DNA of 5,474 nucleotides from a virus (Duplodnaviria; Heunggongvirae; Uroviricota; Caudoviricetes): IMG/VR virus record IMGVR_UViG_2660238346_000015; one strand, 5' to 3'. Shown piece by piece: positions 1 to 5,474 of this stretch (position 1 is its first letter; each line of letters starts with the position of its first letter). The notes under the pieces were generated by a model. It saw only the letters and a program-made list of their open reading frames with translations, ran no database searches and was not told where the DNA came from. The position numbers and the translations under genes were made by a program.

Positions 1-185
1 ATGCGGCGGTGTTGTACTCGCTGATCGGCACATGCCGTCTGAACAATGTGGAGCCAGAAAAGTGGCTGCGTTACGTCATTGAACATATCCAGGACTGGCC
101 GGCAAACCGGGTACGCGATCTGTTGCCCTGGAAAGTTGATCTGAGCTCTCAGTAAATATCAATACGGTTCTGACGAGTCGCTTAC
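1..185 (+). mobile_element. IS66-family insertion sequence, right-hand end (element continues beyond the window start)
   Basis: Transposase C-terminus reads into the window on the + strand and stops at 153-155. The terminus at 179-185 reads GTAAGCG on the minus strand, which matches the tip of IS66-family inverted repeats as I recall them. Sequence character changes to phage-like immediately after 185. Confidence 0.7.
3..155 (+). CDS. IS66-family transposase (TnpC-like), C-terminal 50 codons only; 5' part lies outside the window
   Basis: Frame 3 is open from the window edge and translates to AAVLYSLIGTCRLNNVEPEKWLRYVIEHIQDWPANRVRDLLPWKVDLSSQ then TAA. The YSLIxTCxLNxVEP...WL...LP...LLPW pattern matches the conserved C-terminal tail of IS66-family transposases from memory. 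Confidence 0.75.
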   Translation, partial: AAVLYSLIGTCRLNNVEPEKWLRYVIEHIQDWPANRVRDLLPWKVDLSSQ

Positions 186-313
186 GGACGTCGCACTGTG
201 ATGTACTCTGCCTTTCCCAGGCGAACCAGCACCTCCGCACACGGCTGTGCCACATCACGGATATCCCCGGCCCGGGCATCATGCGTGCCCTGCAGATATC
301 GGATCTTTGCCAT
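182..313 (-). CDS. hypothetical protein downstream of the capsid gene, apparently truncated by the IS66-family insertion
   Basis: ATG at 313-311 opens a 43-codon frame (MAKIRYLQGTHDARAGDIRDVAQPCAEVLVRLGKAEYITVRRP). Its stop codon TAA (184-182) is supplied by the IS terminus itself, consistent with an insertion into a longer gene. The SD is weak and the product is not recognised, so this may not be a real gene. Confidence 0.3.
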   Translation of the reverse strand: MAKIRYLQGTHDARAGDIRDVAQPCAEVLVRLGKAEYITVRRP

Positions 314-322
314 AACCTGTTA

Positions 323-342
323 CGGGAGGCGCACGCCTCCCG
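323..342 (-). other. GC-rich stem-loop (8-bp stem, 4-nt loop) just 3' of the capsid gene; no U-tract
   Basis: Plus strand 323-342 is cgggaggc-gcac-gcctcccg, a perfect inverted repeat, lying 16 nt downstream of the capsid stop (360-358). It is not followed by a T-run on either strand, so it is not a canonical intrinsic terminator. Confidence 0.35.
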
Positions 343-357
343 TCCTCCTCATCAGAC

Positions 358-2295
358 TCAGCTGCCGGACGCACTGCCGTAGTTCACTCCGGTGATCACC
401 GCCACCGCCGCGGTACGGCGACGACGCCAGTTGATCCAGCGCTCCGCACGGATGGCCACGCTGCCTGTCTGGAACATGGAAACCAGCTCCACCGGGGACG
501 GCGTGGTACTGTCGCCGGTCGGCTCAGACTGCATTTCCAGTGATGCCTCGCGGGACATATCCACTGCCACGCCGCCGTCATCCGCCAGATAAATATCCGG
601 GGCATTCACCAGCACCAGCTGGTCACCCACGTACTGGGAGACAATCACCGGCAGCCCCTGGAAGGAGCCACCCAGCAGGGTCATGTCCGGGTATTCCTTC
701 TGACCCAGCGCATTTTTACGCATGGACAGTGCCAGGGCATTGGTGCTGGACATCAGCCAGACCGCACCGGTGGGCTGCAGGTTTGCTGCCACAAACTGTC
801 CAAACGCAGCCTCTGCATCCGCATCCGGGTTACCGGTTGATGCCGTGCCCTTCACATCATGGGTGATGGACGCCGGGGAGACATCTGCCACTGCGGCTTT
901 TTTCGGGTCCACAAAGTCTGTATCCAGACGCGCCACCACCGCTTCCGCCAGCGCATTACGGACCAGTGCATCAGCAGCCGGACTGGAAAAACGGATCAAT
1001 TCTTCCGTCAGTACCGCAATGGCCGACACTTTCGCATGACTGAAGGTGATGGATTCAAAATCAAACTTCGTCAGGGGTTTTGCCTTACCCTCACCCACCC
1101 AGCCGGCAGCACCGCCGGACACCTGGGCGTGCACACGGATATTGAACGGCACCTGACGAAGTGCAGGGATCCCGCCCTGACCAAATCGCCCGATAATGGT
1201 CTGCGGACGCAGGTAATCAATAAAGTCCTGTGCGTATTCCTGATATTCAGACAGGCTGCCTGCCCACTGCGGATCCGTGGTGGTCCCCGCGCCCACTGCC
1301 GATTTCAGGACATGATGCAGACGACTGTCATCCGGATACTGACGACGGGCCACTTCCAGGGCTTCAGATCGGACGCCTTTAGCCGCAGCCAGCGATTTGG
1401 CAAAGCGGGCGAAGCCAATCCCCTTATCCAGTTTCTGCTCCACACGGATCACCGGTGCAGAAGCCACCGCGGCCACATTCCCGTTACCGGCCTGTTTCAC
1501 CGGCTGCGCCGTGGCGGCCTTACCGGCTTCCAGTTCACGCAGGCGCTTCAGGTGCGCATCCACCTGACGGATTTCCGCTGCGGTGTTGTCGTAATGCTCT
1601 TCCTCCTCCACATCCAGCGTGCGCCCTTCCTCTGCGGCTTTGGTCATGACCTCCTCAAGGGAGGCTGCCAGCGCTGCACGCTTGTTTTCAAAACTTTTAA
1701 TCTGTTCGCCAATATTCATTATGGTCTTTTCCTTATGAAAAACGGTTGTTGACTGTGCCGCAGCGCCGGCAGAAGATGCGATTTTCACCACCGGTTTCCG
1801 GTTGCCGGACGCGGCAGAAAACGGGCGGTCGTAAGATTTAATGGTCCGGATGGTGCATTCCGCATTCGCGGGCACGGTGACGGCAGACACCTCCATCAGT
1901 TCCCAGCGCAGAAAATGCAGTCCGCCTCCGTCCAGAAAGGTGTATTCATGGGGACGGAAGCCCACGGACAGCCCCCTGACCAGCCCGGTCTTAATGGCCG
2001 CCCAGACCTCATCCAGCCGGGCAGCCAGTTGCGACGGCATATCCGGTACGGGCTTCACCAGTGTTGCCGTGATTTCCAGCCCTTCGCTGACCCGGCGCAC
2101 CGTACACTGCCCCACCGGGCGGGAATGGTCATGCTGCCAGAGAAACGGGATCGCACTGCCAAACTCCGCGCCCTCCGGCTCCAGGATGTCACCATCCCGA
2201 TCCGGAGAAGGCGTTGACGCAATCCCGGTGATCACCCGTTCATCCTCACTGAAGGATTTCACCGTCAGCAGGGAACAGGCCCGTTTAAGAGTCAC
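358..2295 (-). CDS. prohead protease (HK97 gp4-like, peptidase S78/U35) fused to a coiled-coil scaffold/delta segment and an HK97-family major capsid protein, as one 645-aa polypeptide
   Basis: N-terminal third carries prohead-protease motifs (ITGIASTPSPDRDGDILEPEGAEF, LWQHD, GLSVGF, VTVPAN). The middle is a charged coiled-coil-like segment (EQIKSFENKRAALAASLEEV...LKRLRELEA). The C-terminal ~350 aa resembles HK97-type capsid protein and ends ...NYGSASGS like HK97 gp5. GTG start at 2295-2293 is preceded by AGGAGG (2306-2301) with a 5-nt spacer. Confidence 0.88.
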   Translation of the reverse strand: MTLKRACSLLTVKSFSEDERVITGIASTPSPDRDGDILEPEGAEFGSAIPFLWQHDHSRPVGQCTVRRVSEGLEITATLVKPVPDMPSQLAARLDEVWAAIKTGLVRGLSVGFRPHEYTFLDGGGLHFLRWELMEVSAVTVPANAECTIRTIKSYDRPFSAASGNRKPVVKIASSAGAAAQSTTVFHKEKTIMNIGEQIKSFENKRAALAASLEEVMTKAAEEGRTLDVEEEEHYDNTAAEIRQVDAHLKRLRELEAGKAATAQPVKQAGNGNVAAVASAPVIRVEQKLDKGIGFARFAKSLAAAKGVRSEALEVARRQYPDDSRLHHVLKSAVGAGTTTDPQWAGSLSEYQEYAQDFIDYLRPQTIIGRFGQGGIPALRQVPFNIRVHAQVSGGAAGWVGEGKAKPLTKFDFESITFSHAKVSAIAVLTEELIRFSSPAADALVRNALAEAVVARLDTDFVDPKKAAVADVSPASITHDVKGTASTGNPDADAEAAFGQFVAANLQPTGAVWLMSSTNALALSMRKNALGQKEYPDMTLLGGSFQGLPVIVSQYVGDQLVLVNAPDIYLADDGGVAVDMSREASLEMQSEPTGDSTTPSPVELVSMFQTGSVAIRAERWINWRRRRTAAVAVITGVNYGSASGS

Positions 2296-2307
2296 ATCAG
2301 CCTCCTG

Positions 2308-2333
2308 AAAATAAAAAAACCGCCGGAGCGGTT
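2308..2333 (-). terminator. intrinsic-terminator-like hairpin plus U-tract between the terminase and capsid genes (minus-strand transcript)
   Basis: Minus-strand RNA reads AACCGC-UCCG-GCGGUU followed by UUUUUAUUUU (stem at plus 2318-2333, T/A tract at plus 2308-2319). The order hairpin-then-U-run is correct only for the minus strand. The stem is short (6 bp, 4 G:C), so strength is uncertain. Confidence 0.45.
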
Positions 2334-2358
2334 CGTGATGGTTACAGTGTGAACAGGG

Positions 2359-2556
2359 TTATATGAAAAAAACCGCATATTCTTTCTTTTTCGGCTCCGG
2401 ATTCAGGGACATCAGGGAGACCGCATTGAAGAGCGCCATCAGCGGGTCAATTTTCCCCCGCCCGCTGGCCTGTTTGGTAATAAGGATAGCGTTACCTTTA
2501 GGCTCCACCCGGGCATTGCCAACGCACCAGGCCATCAGGGGCTGGTCACCATGCAC
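2359..2556 (-). CDS. terminase large subunit, C-terminal segment, in a different frame from the main TerL ORF (frameshifted gene or sequencing error)
   Basis: Translation ...LAEGVLVHGDQPLMAWCVGNARVEPKGNAILITKQASGRGKIDPLMALFNAVSLMS matches the conserved C-terminal end of Terminase_1-type TerL proteins (HG.NP.L.W...N ... KIDG..A...A pattern). The frame stays open upstream to beyond 2650 and overlaps the end of the 2592-4019 ORF. Confidence 0.8.
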   Translation of the reverse strand: MHGDQPLMAWCVGNARVEPKGNAILITKQASGRGKIDPLMALFNAVSLMSLNPEPKKKEYAVFFI

Positions 2557-2591
2557 CAGTACTCCCTCAGCCAGTTTGCGCTCGGTGGTTT

Positions 2592-4019
2592 TTATGGCCC
2601 CGCCAGCTTCCAGCCCTGGCTTATCCCCACCACAATTCCGTCGGGGATCCCGGCTTCCGCCAGTGAATCCAGAATCTGCCCCACACCTGACGGGTCAATA
2701 CCGATATGGTCCAGTAACTCAGCCTCATGAATACGACGCACATACTCCGCCACTTCCGCCGTGTCATCCCCGACCCGACGGACAATCGTCATGTCTCCAC
2801 AGGCCACAAAATCCTGAAAACGGGATGCCTCACTCTTCCGTCTGACCACCGCGGTTTCATGCGCCCAGGCATGGCCCCAGCCCAGCCATTCGCGGGTTTC
2901 CCTGTCACGGCCAATCACGTACATTCCCAGCAGATCATCCAGGCCCCCGCCGTCAATCCCCACCGTCACCACATCAGCGCGCTGCAGGATATCGTCCAGG
3001 CTGACGCGCCTGCCCTGCTGCTCCCAGAAATCCGCACCCGCCCAGCGGTCAGAACGCAGGGCAAGACCAATTTCCACATTGGCATGTTTTGACATGAACC
3101 CCCGGAATGTCTCTTCACCGGCTTCCCGGGCTTTACGGTACTCCCGGTACAGAAAAGCCTCATCCACCGAATAACCGAGATTCGGATTGACCATGGCGAG
3201 GTTTTCCATCAGCAGGTGAGCCCCGCTTTCCACCATTTCAGGAGGGTGTTCAAATATCACCGGCAGAAAGTGCGGATCATGAATTTTGCCGTCACGGACA
3301 TCCCGGGCGTACTGCAGTTTCTGTCTGAACACCCCGGCTGGCGGCTCATTCGACTGGGTGGTCGTATACACCACAAACCCTTCCGGGCGGGAGGCAAGGC
3401 CGCCTATGGCTTCACGTAACATGTCCTCCGCTTTGTACTGCTTGCCAAATAACCACAGTTCATCAATCAGCGTCCCCACGGACTTGATACCGGATACCGT
3501 ATTCGGATCGGCAGCCACCACCTTAAGGGTGGTGTCCGTCACCCTGTGGGTGATGGTCCGGATATGTGTCTGCACCTGACAGAGGTCATCCAGATCATCG
3601 TCCCGTCGTACCATATCCCGGGCAGGGTTGAAGGCGTTGGCCGCCACCTCCACAGTCGGGGCCAGAATCGTGTAACCCGCCGCCTGCCGCCAGTTCAGTA
3701 ACAGTGCAGTCATCATGATCCCGGCAGCCAGCGTGGACTTCGAGTTTTTCTTGGGGATAAGGATAAACACTTCCTTGATATGGCGAACACCGGTCTGCGC
3801 ATCGTAGGAGCCAAACAGGGCCGCCACCAGGTCAAACACCCACGGTGCACAGGACTCCCCGAATGTCGGGCTACCCGGTGCATCCACAATTCGCAGTTGT
3901 TTAAAAATCGCCAGGGCATGTGCGGCCTCGTCCGGATAAATCGGATCCGGAATAATCGACAGCCCCTTTTTCAGGCGCTCTGCCCAGTCCGGGCAGGCTG
4001 TGCTCCATACAGGTATCAT
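2592..4019 (-). CDS. terminase large subunit (ATPase domain and most of the nuclease domain), ending prematurely at TAA 2594-2592
   Basis: 475-aa ORF with a deviant Walker A (LIPKKNSKST), Walker B (LIDELW) and nuclease-domain motifs (VTVGIDGGG, IGIDPSG). ATG at 4019-4017 overlaps the TerS stop as ATGA (4016-4019), indicating translational coupling. The true C-terminus continues in the -1 frame at 2359-2556. Confidence 0.88.
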   Translation of the reverse strand: MIPVWSTACPDWAERLKKGLSIIPDPIYPDEAAHALAIFKQLRIVDAPGSPTFGESCAPWVFDLVAALFGSYDAQTGVRHIKEVFILIPKKNSKSTLAAGIMMTALLLNWRQAAGYTILAPTVEVAANAFNPARDMVRRDDDLDDLCQVQTHIRTITHRVTDTTLKVVAADPNTVSGIKSVGTLIDELWLFGKQYKAEDMLREAIGGLASRPEGFVVYTTTQSNEPPAGVFRQKLQYARDVRDGKIHDPHFLPVIFEHPPEMVESGAHLLMENLAMVNPNLGYSVDEAFLYREYRKAREAGEETFRGFMSKHANVEIGLALRSDRWAGADFWEQQGRRVSLDDILQRADVVTVGIDGGGLDDLLGMYVIGRDRETREWLGWGHAWAHETAVVRRKSEASRFQDFVACGDMTIVRRVGDDTAEVAEYVRRIHEAELLDHIGIDPSGVGQILDSLAEAGIPDGIVVGISQGWKLAGP

Positions 4020-4579
4020 CCGTTGCCCTCATTATCGTTATTCACCACCAGTCGGGGTGGCGGTGGCACCGCAAAACGGTTAGCCGCTTTTTTCGCGGCA
4101 TCACCTTTTGCCGATTTTTTCCCGGTATCCCCTTTTTTATGGTGCGTGAACTGCGCCAGACGCCAGGCCGCATCCAGTGCCAGTTTCGGATCAATGCAGA
4201 GGTTTTCCACCAGGATCCGCCCCATGGCTTTCACCGGATCGGGAAGACCATCCTCCATATATTCAATACCAGGAGACATCACCGCGGACGGTGGCATCTC
4301 CGGATTGTTTTCGTCCGGCTGTGGTATTGCAGCCGCCTCACGACGACGGGGTTTATCCTCCTGCTCTGATTTTTTCTGCCGGTAAACAGGAACCTCATCC
4401 ACCTCCACCGTCTCGCATTGTTTACGGGCTATAAACGCAAGCACCTCCGGATCTTTTGCCAGCTGCGAGCCTTTAACCCTGGCGGTCTTCGCCGAATAAC
4501 CGGCGGCAATGGCTGACGCTGTTTTGTTTTTCCCGGACATGAGCGCCAGCGCAAATTTTCGTTTTTGCGTTGTCAGCAC
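4016..4579 (-). CDS. terminase small subunit (HTH-type, P27/Terminase_2-like)
   Basis: N-terminus MLTTQKRKFALALMSGKNKTASAIAAGYSAKTARVKGSQL carries the LTxKQxxF and AGYSxKTA helix-turn-helix signature of small terminases. GTG start at 4579-4577 is preceded by GGGAGGAGG. It sits directly upstream of and coupled to TerL, and has a Lys-rich C-terminal tail. Confidence 0.8.
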   Translation of the reverse strand: MLTTQKRKFALALMSGKNKTASAIAAGYSAKTARVKGSQLAKDPEVLAFIARKQCETVEVDEVPVYRQKKSEQEDKPRRREAAAIPQPDENNPEMPPSAVMSPGIEYMEDGLPDPVKAMGRILVENLCIDPKLALDAAWRLAQFTHHKKGDTGKKSAKGDAAKKAANRFAVPPPPRLVVNNDNEGNG

Positions 4580-4653
4580 AGCCTCCTCCCGGGTCCAGAA
4601 CGCACTCAGCCGGGTATGGTTCAGCCCATTTTTCCCGGCGTCTCATGCCGCAA

Positions 4654-4777
4654 ATGTTAACTGCTGCCTGGTTAACATTTGCTGAAAAAGCCAGTTAACA
4701 TTTTTTCCGCACAACAAACTGAATAATAAAGATAAAAACCGCAAAAATGCCCGGGCAGCCAGTTAACATGTTAACTG
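4654..4777. repeat. array of five GTTAAC-core 10-bp motifs (consensus CAGTTAACAT and its reverse complement), including an 18-bp perfect palindrome; candidate TerS-binding (cosB-like) or operator sites
   Basis: ATGTTAACTG at 4654-4663, TGGTTAACAT at 4669-4678, CAGTTAACAT at 4692-4701, and CAGTTAACATGTTAACTG at 4760-4777 (perfect palindrome, two overlapping half-sites). About one GTTAAC is expected by chance in a window this size. An A/T-rich spacer at 4702-4759 separates the third site from the palindrome. Confidence 0.7.
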
Positions 4778-4869
4778 CCCTGAAACGGGAATTTTTTCTC
4801 TGCGTGAGAGGGGGCGCGGTGTCCAAAGCGATCGTTTTTTACGCCGGATGATCCCCCCCCCGGGTCGGG

Positions 4870-5235
4870 TTACAGTCCGATGATGTCGTCCGCTCTGCCA
4901 CTACCTCCGGACACCTCCGGCAGCGTCGGGTCCGGCATACCACCCGCCGCTTCACGAGCAGACTTTTGTCGATGGCATTCGGTACAGAGCGTCCAGAGAT
5001 TCGTCTCCTCATTACCACCACCGAACTGAAGTGCAATTCGGTGATCGAGTTCACTGTCACAGAGGTCAACCACACGACCACAGATACAGCACTGCCCGGC
5101 GTCCCTCAGCCAGATATGACGCTTGAGGGAAACACGTGCACTGCCACTGACACGACGCTGCTCCCCCTTCAGAATATTCACCCGTCGGGTATTCAGTGTT
5201 TTGATTCTGCTCTGGAGTGTACGAAGCTGAGCCAT
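4870..5235 (-). CDS. HNH endonuclease (phage terminase-associated type)
   Basis: 121-aa ORF with an HNH zinc-finger core: CCICGRVVDLCDSELDHRIALQFGGGNEETNLWTLCTECHRQK (CxxC, DH, N, CxxCH). ATG at 5235-5233 is preceded by GGGGA. Position immediately upstream of the putative cos region and TerS is as in HK97-like phages. Confidence 0.88.
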   Translation of the reverse strand: MAQLRTLQSRIKTLNTRRVNILKGEQRRVSGSARVSLKRHIWLRDAGQCCICGRVVDLCDSELDHRIALQFGGGNEETNLWTLCTECHRQKSAREAAGGMPDPTLPEVSGGSGRADDIIGL

Positions 5236-5276
5236 GTAAAATCCCCGTCATATGGCAATCAGTAAAGGAAATAAAT

Positions 5277-5474
5277 ATGTCATCGAAAAACCGGACCCGC
5301 AGAACCACAACCCGCAATATCCGTTTCCCCAATCACATGATTGAACAGATCAGCATCGCCCTTGAGCATAAAGGGTCCGGTAACTTTTCAGCGTGGGTTA
5401 TTGAAGCCTGCAGGAGAAGGCTGGCAACAGATGCAACGCATCTGCGCCCGGCCAGCATGAAAAATAACGAGAAA
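5277..5474 (+). CDS. small phage-associated protein, YlcI/YnfO (DUF3950)-like; 3' end beyond the window
   Basis: ATG at 5277 with AAGGA 7 nt upstream. Frame is open for 66 codons to the window edge: MSSKNRTRRTTTRNIRFPNHMIEQISIALEHKGSGNFSAWVIEACRRRLATDATHLRPASMKNNEK. It closely resembles my recollection of E. coli prophage YlcI (DLP12), which lies next to the terminase region. Assignment is from memory, not a search. Confidence 0.5.
   Translation, partial: MSSKNRTRRTTTRNIRFPNHMIEQISIALEHKGSGNFSAWVIEACRRRLATDATHLRPASMKNNEK

Noticed and set aside
76-282. 68-aa minus-strand ORF
   Set aside because: Spans the IS terminus/target junction at 185 and is antisense to the transposase C-terminus, so it would be a chimeric chance frame.
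198-395. 65-aa plus-strand ORF overlapping the capsid gene end and the truncated ORF
   Set aside because: Antisense to both; Cys/Arg-rich translation with no motifs or SD.
859-1752. 297-aa plus-strand ORF from the six-frame track
   Set aside because: Lies entirely antisense to the strongly supported protease-capsid gene. Its translation is Arg/His/Cys-rich with no recognisable motifs, typical of a chance antisense frame in GC-rich coding DNA.
2585-2607. Programmed ribosomal frameshift in TerL
   Set aside because: The junction (CGGGGCCAUAA) is not a canonical slippery heptamer, no downstream stimulatory structure is evident, and programmed frameshifting is not a known feature of large terminases. 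A mutation or homopolymer error is more parsimonious.
2363-2845. 160-aa plus-strand ORF
   Set aside because: Antisense to the TerL C-terminal region; Pro/Ser/Arg-rich translation without motifs. Explained by the open antisense frame of a GC-rich gene.
3780-4385. 201-aa plus-strand ORF
   Set aside because: Antisense to the TerL/TerS junction; low-complexity, R/G/C-rich translation with no convincing SD. The opposite-strand genes have clear family motifs.
4695-4769. 24-codon hydrophobic peptide ORF (MLTGCPGIFAVFIFIIQFVVRKKC) on the minus strand, resembling a type I toxin in composition
   Set aside because: Its ATG and TAA are both supplied by GTTAAC repeat motifs, it has no SD, and the hydrophobicity follows from the T-rich strand. 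Most likely a by-product of the repeat array.
4654-4777. Possible CRISPR array
   Set aside because: Repeats are only ~10 bp, in mixed orientation with irregular 8-68 bp spacing, and no cas genes are nearby. A protein-binding site array fits better.
5066-5332. 88-aa minus-strand ORF
   Set aside because: Overlaps the HNH gene out of frame and the YlcI-like gene antisense; no motifs, and both overlapped genes are better supported.

Overview
Almost the whole window is a minus-strand, cos-type HK97-like DNA-packaging and head module from a prophage or phage satellite in an enterobacterial-like, GC-rich background. Reading right to left: HNH endonuclease (4870-5235); a 290-bp non-coding region carrying five GTTAAC-core motifs including an 18-bp perfect palindrome, plus a GC-rich C9 tract (candidate cosB/cosN); small terminase (4016-4579); large terminase (2359-4019), translationally coupled to TerS and split by a 1-nt frameshift in a C4/G4 run near 2598-2601; a 63-nt spacer with a terminator-like hairpin and strong SD; one 645-aa prohead protease-scaffold-major capsid fusion (358-2295); a GC hairpin; a short ORF cut off by an IS66-family element whose right end and transposase C-terminus fill 1-185. 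No portal gene sits between TerL and the protease/capsid gene, which is the main oddity. A divergent partial gene at 5277-5474 resembles the small prophage YlcI/YnfO (DUF3950) family. No tRNA, rRNA or CRISPR array was seen. All calls rest on reading the six-frame translations and motifs by eye; no database search was possible, so family assignments are from recollection of conserved motifs.
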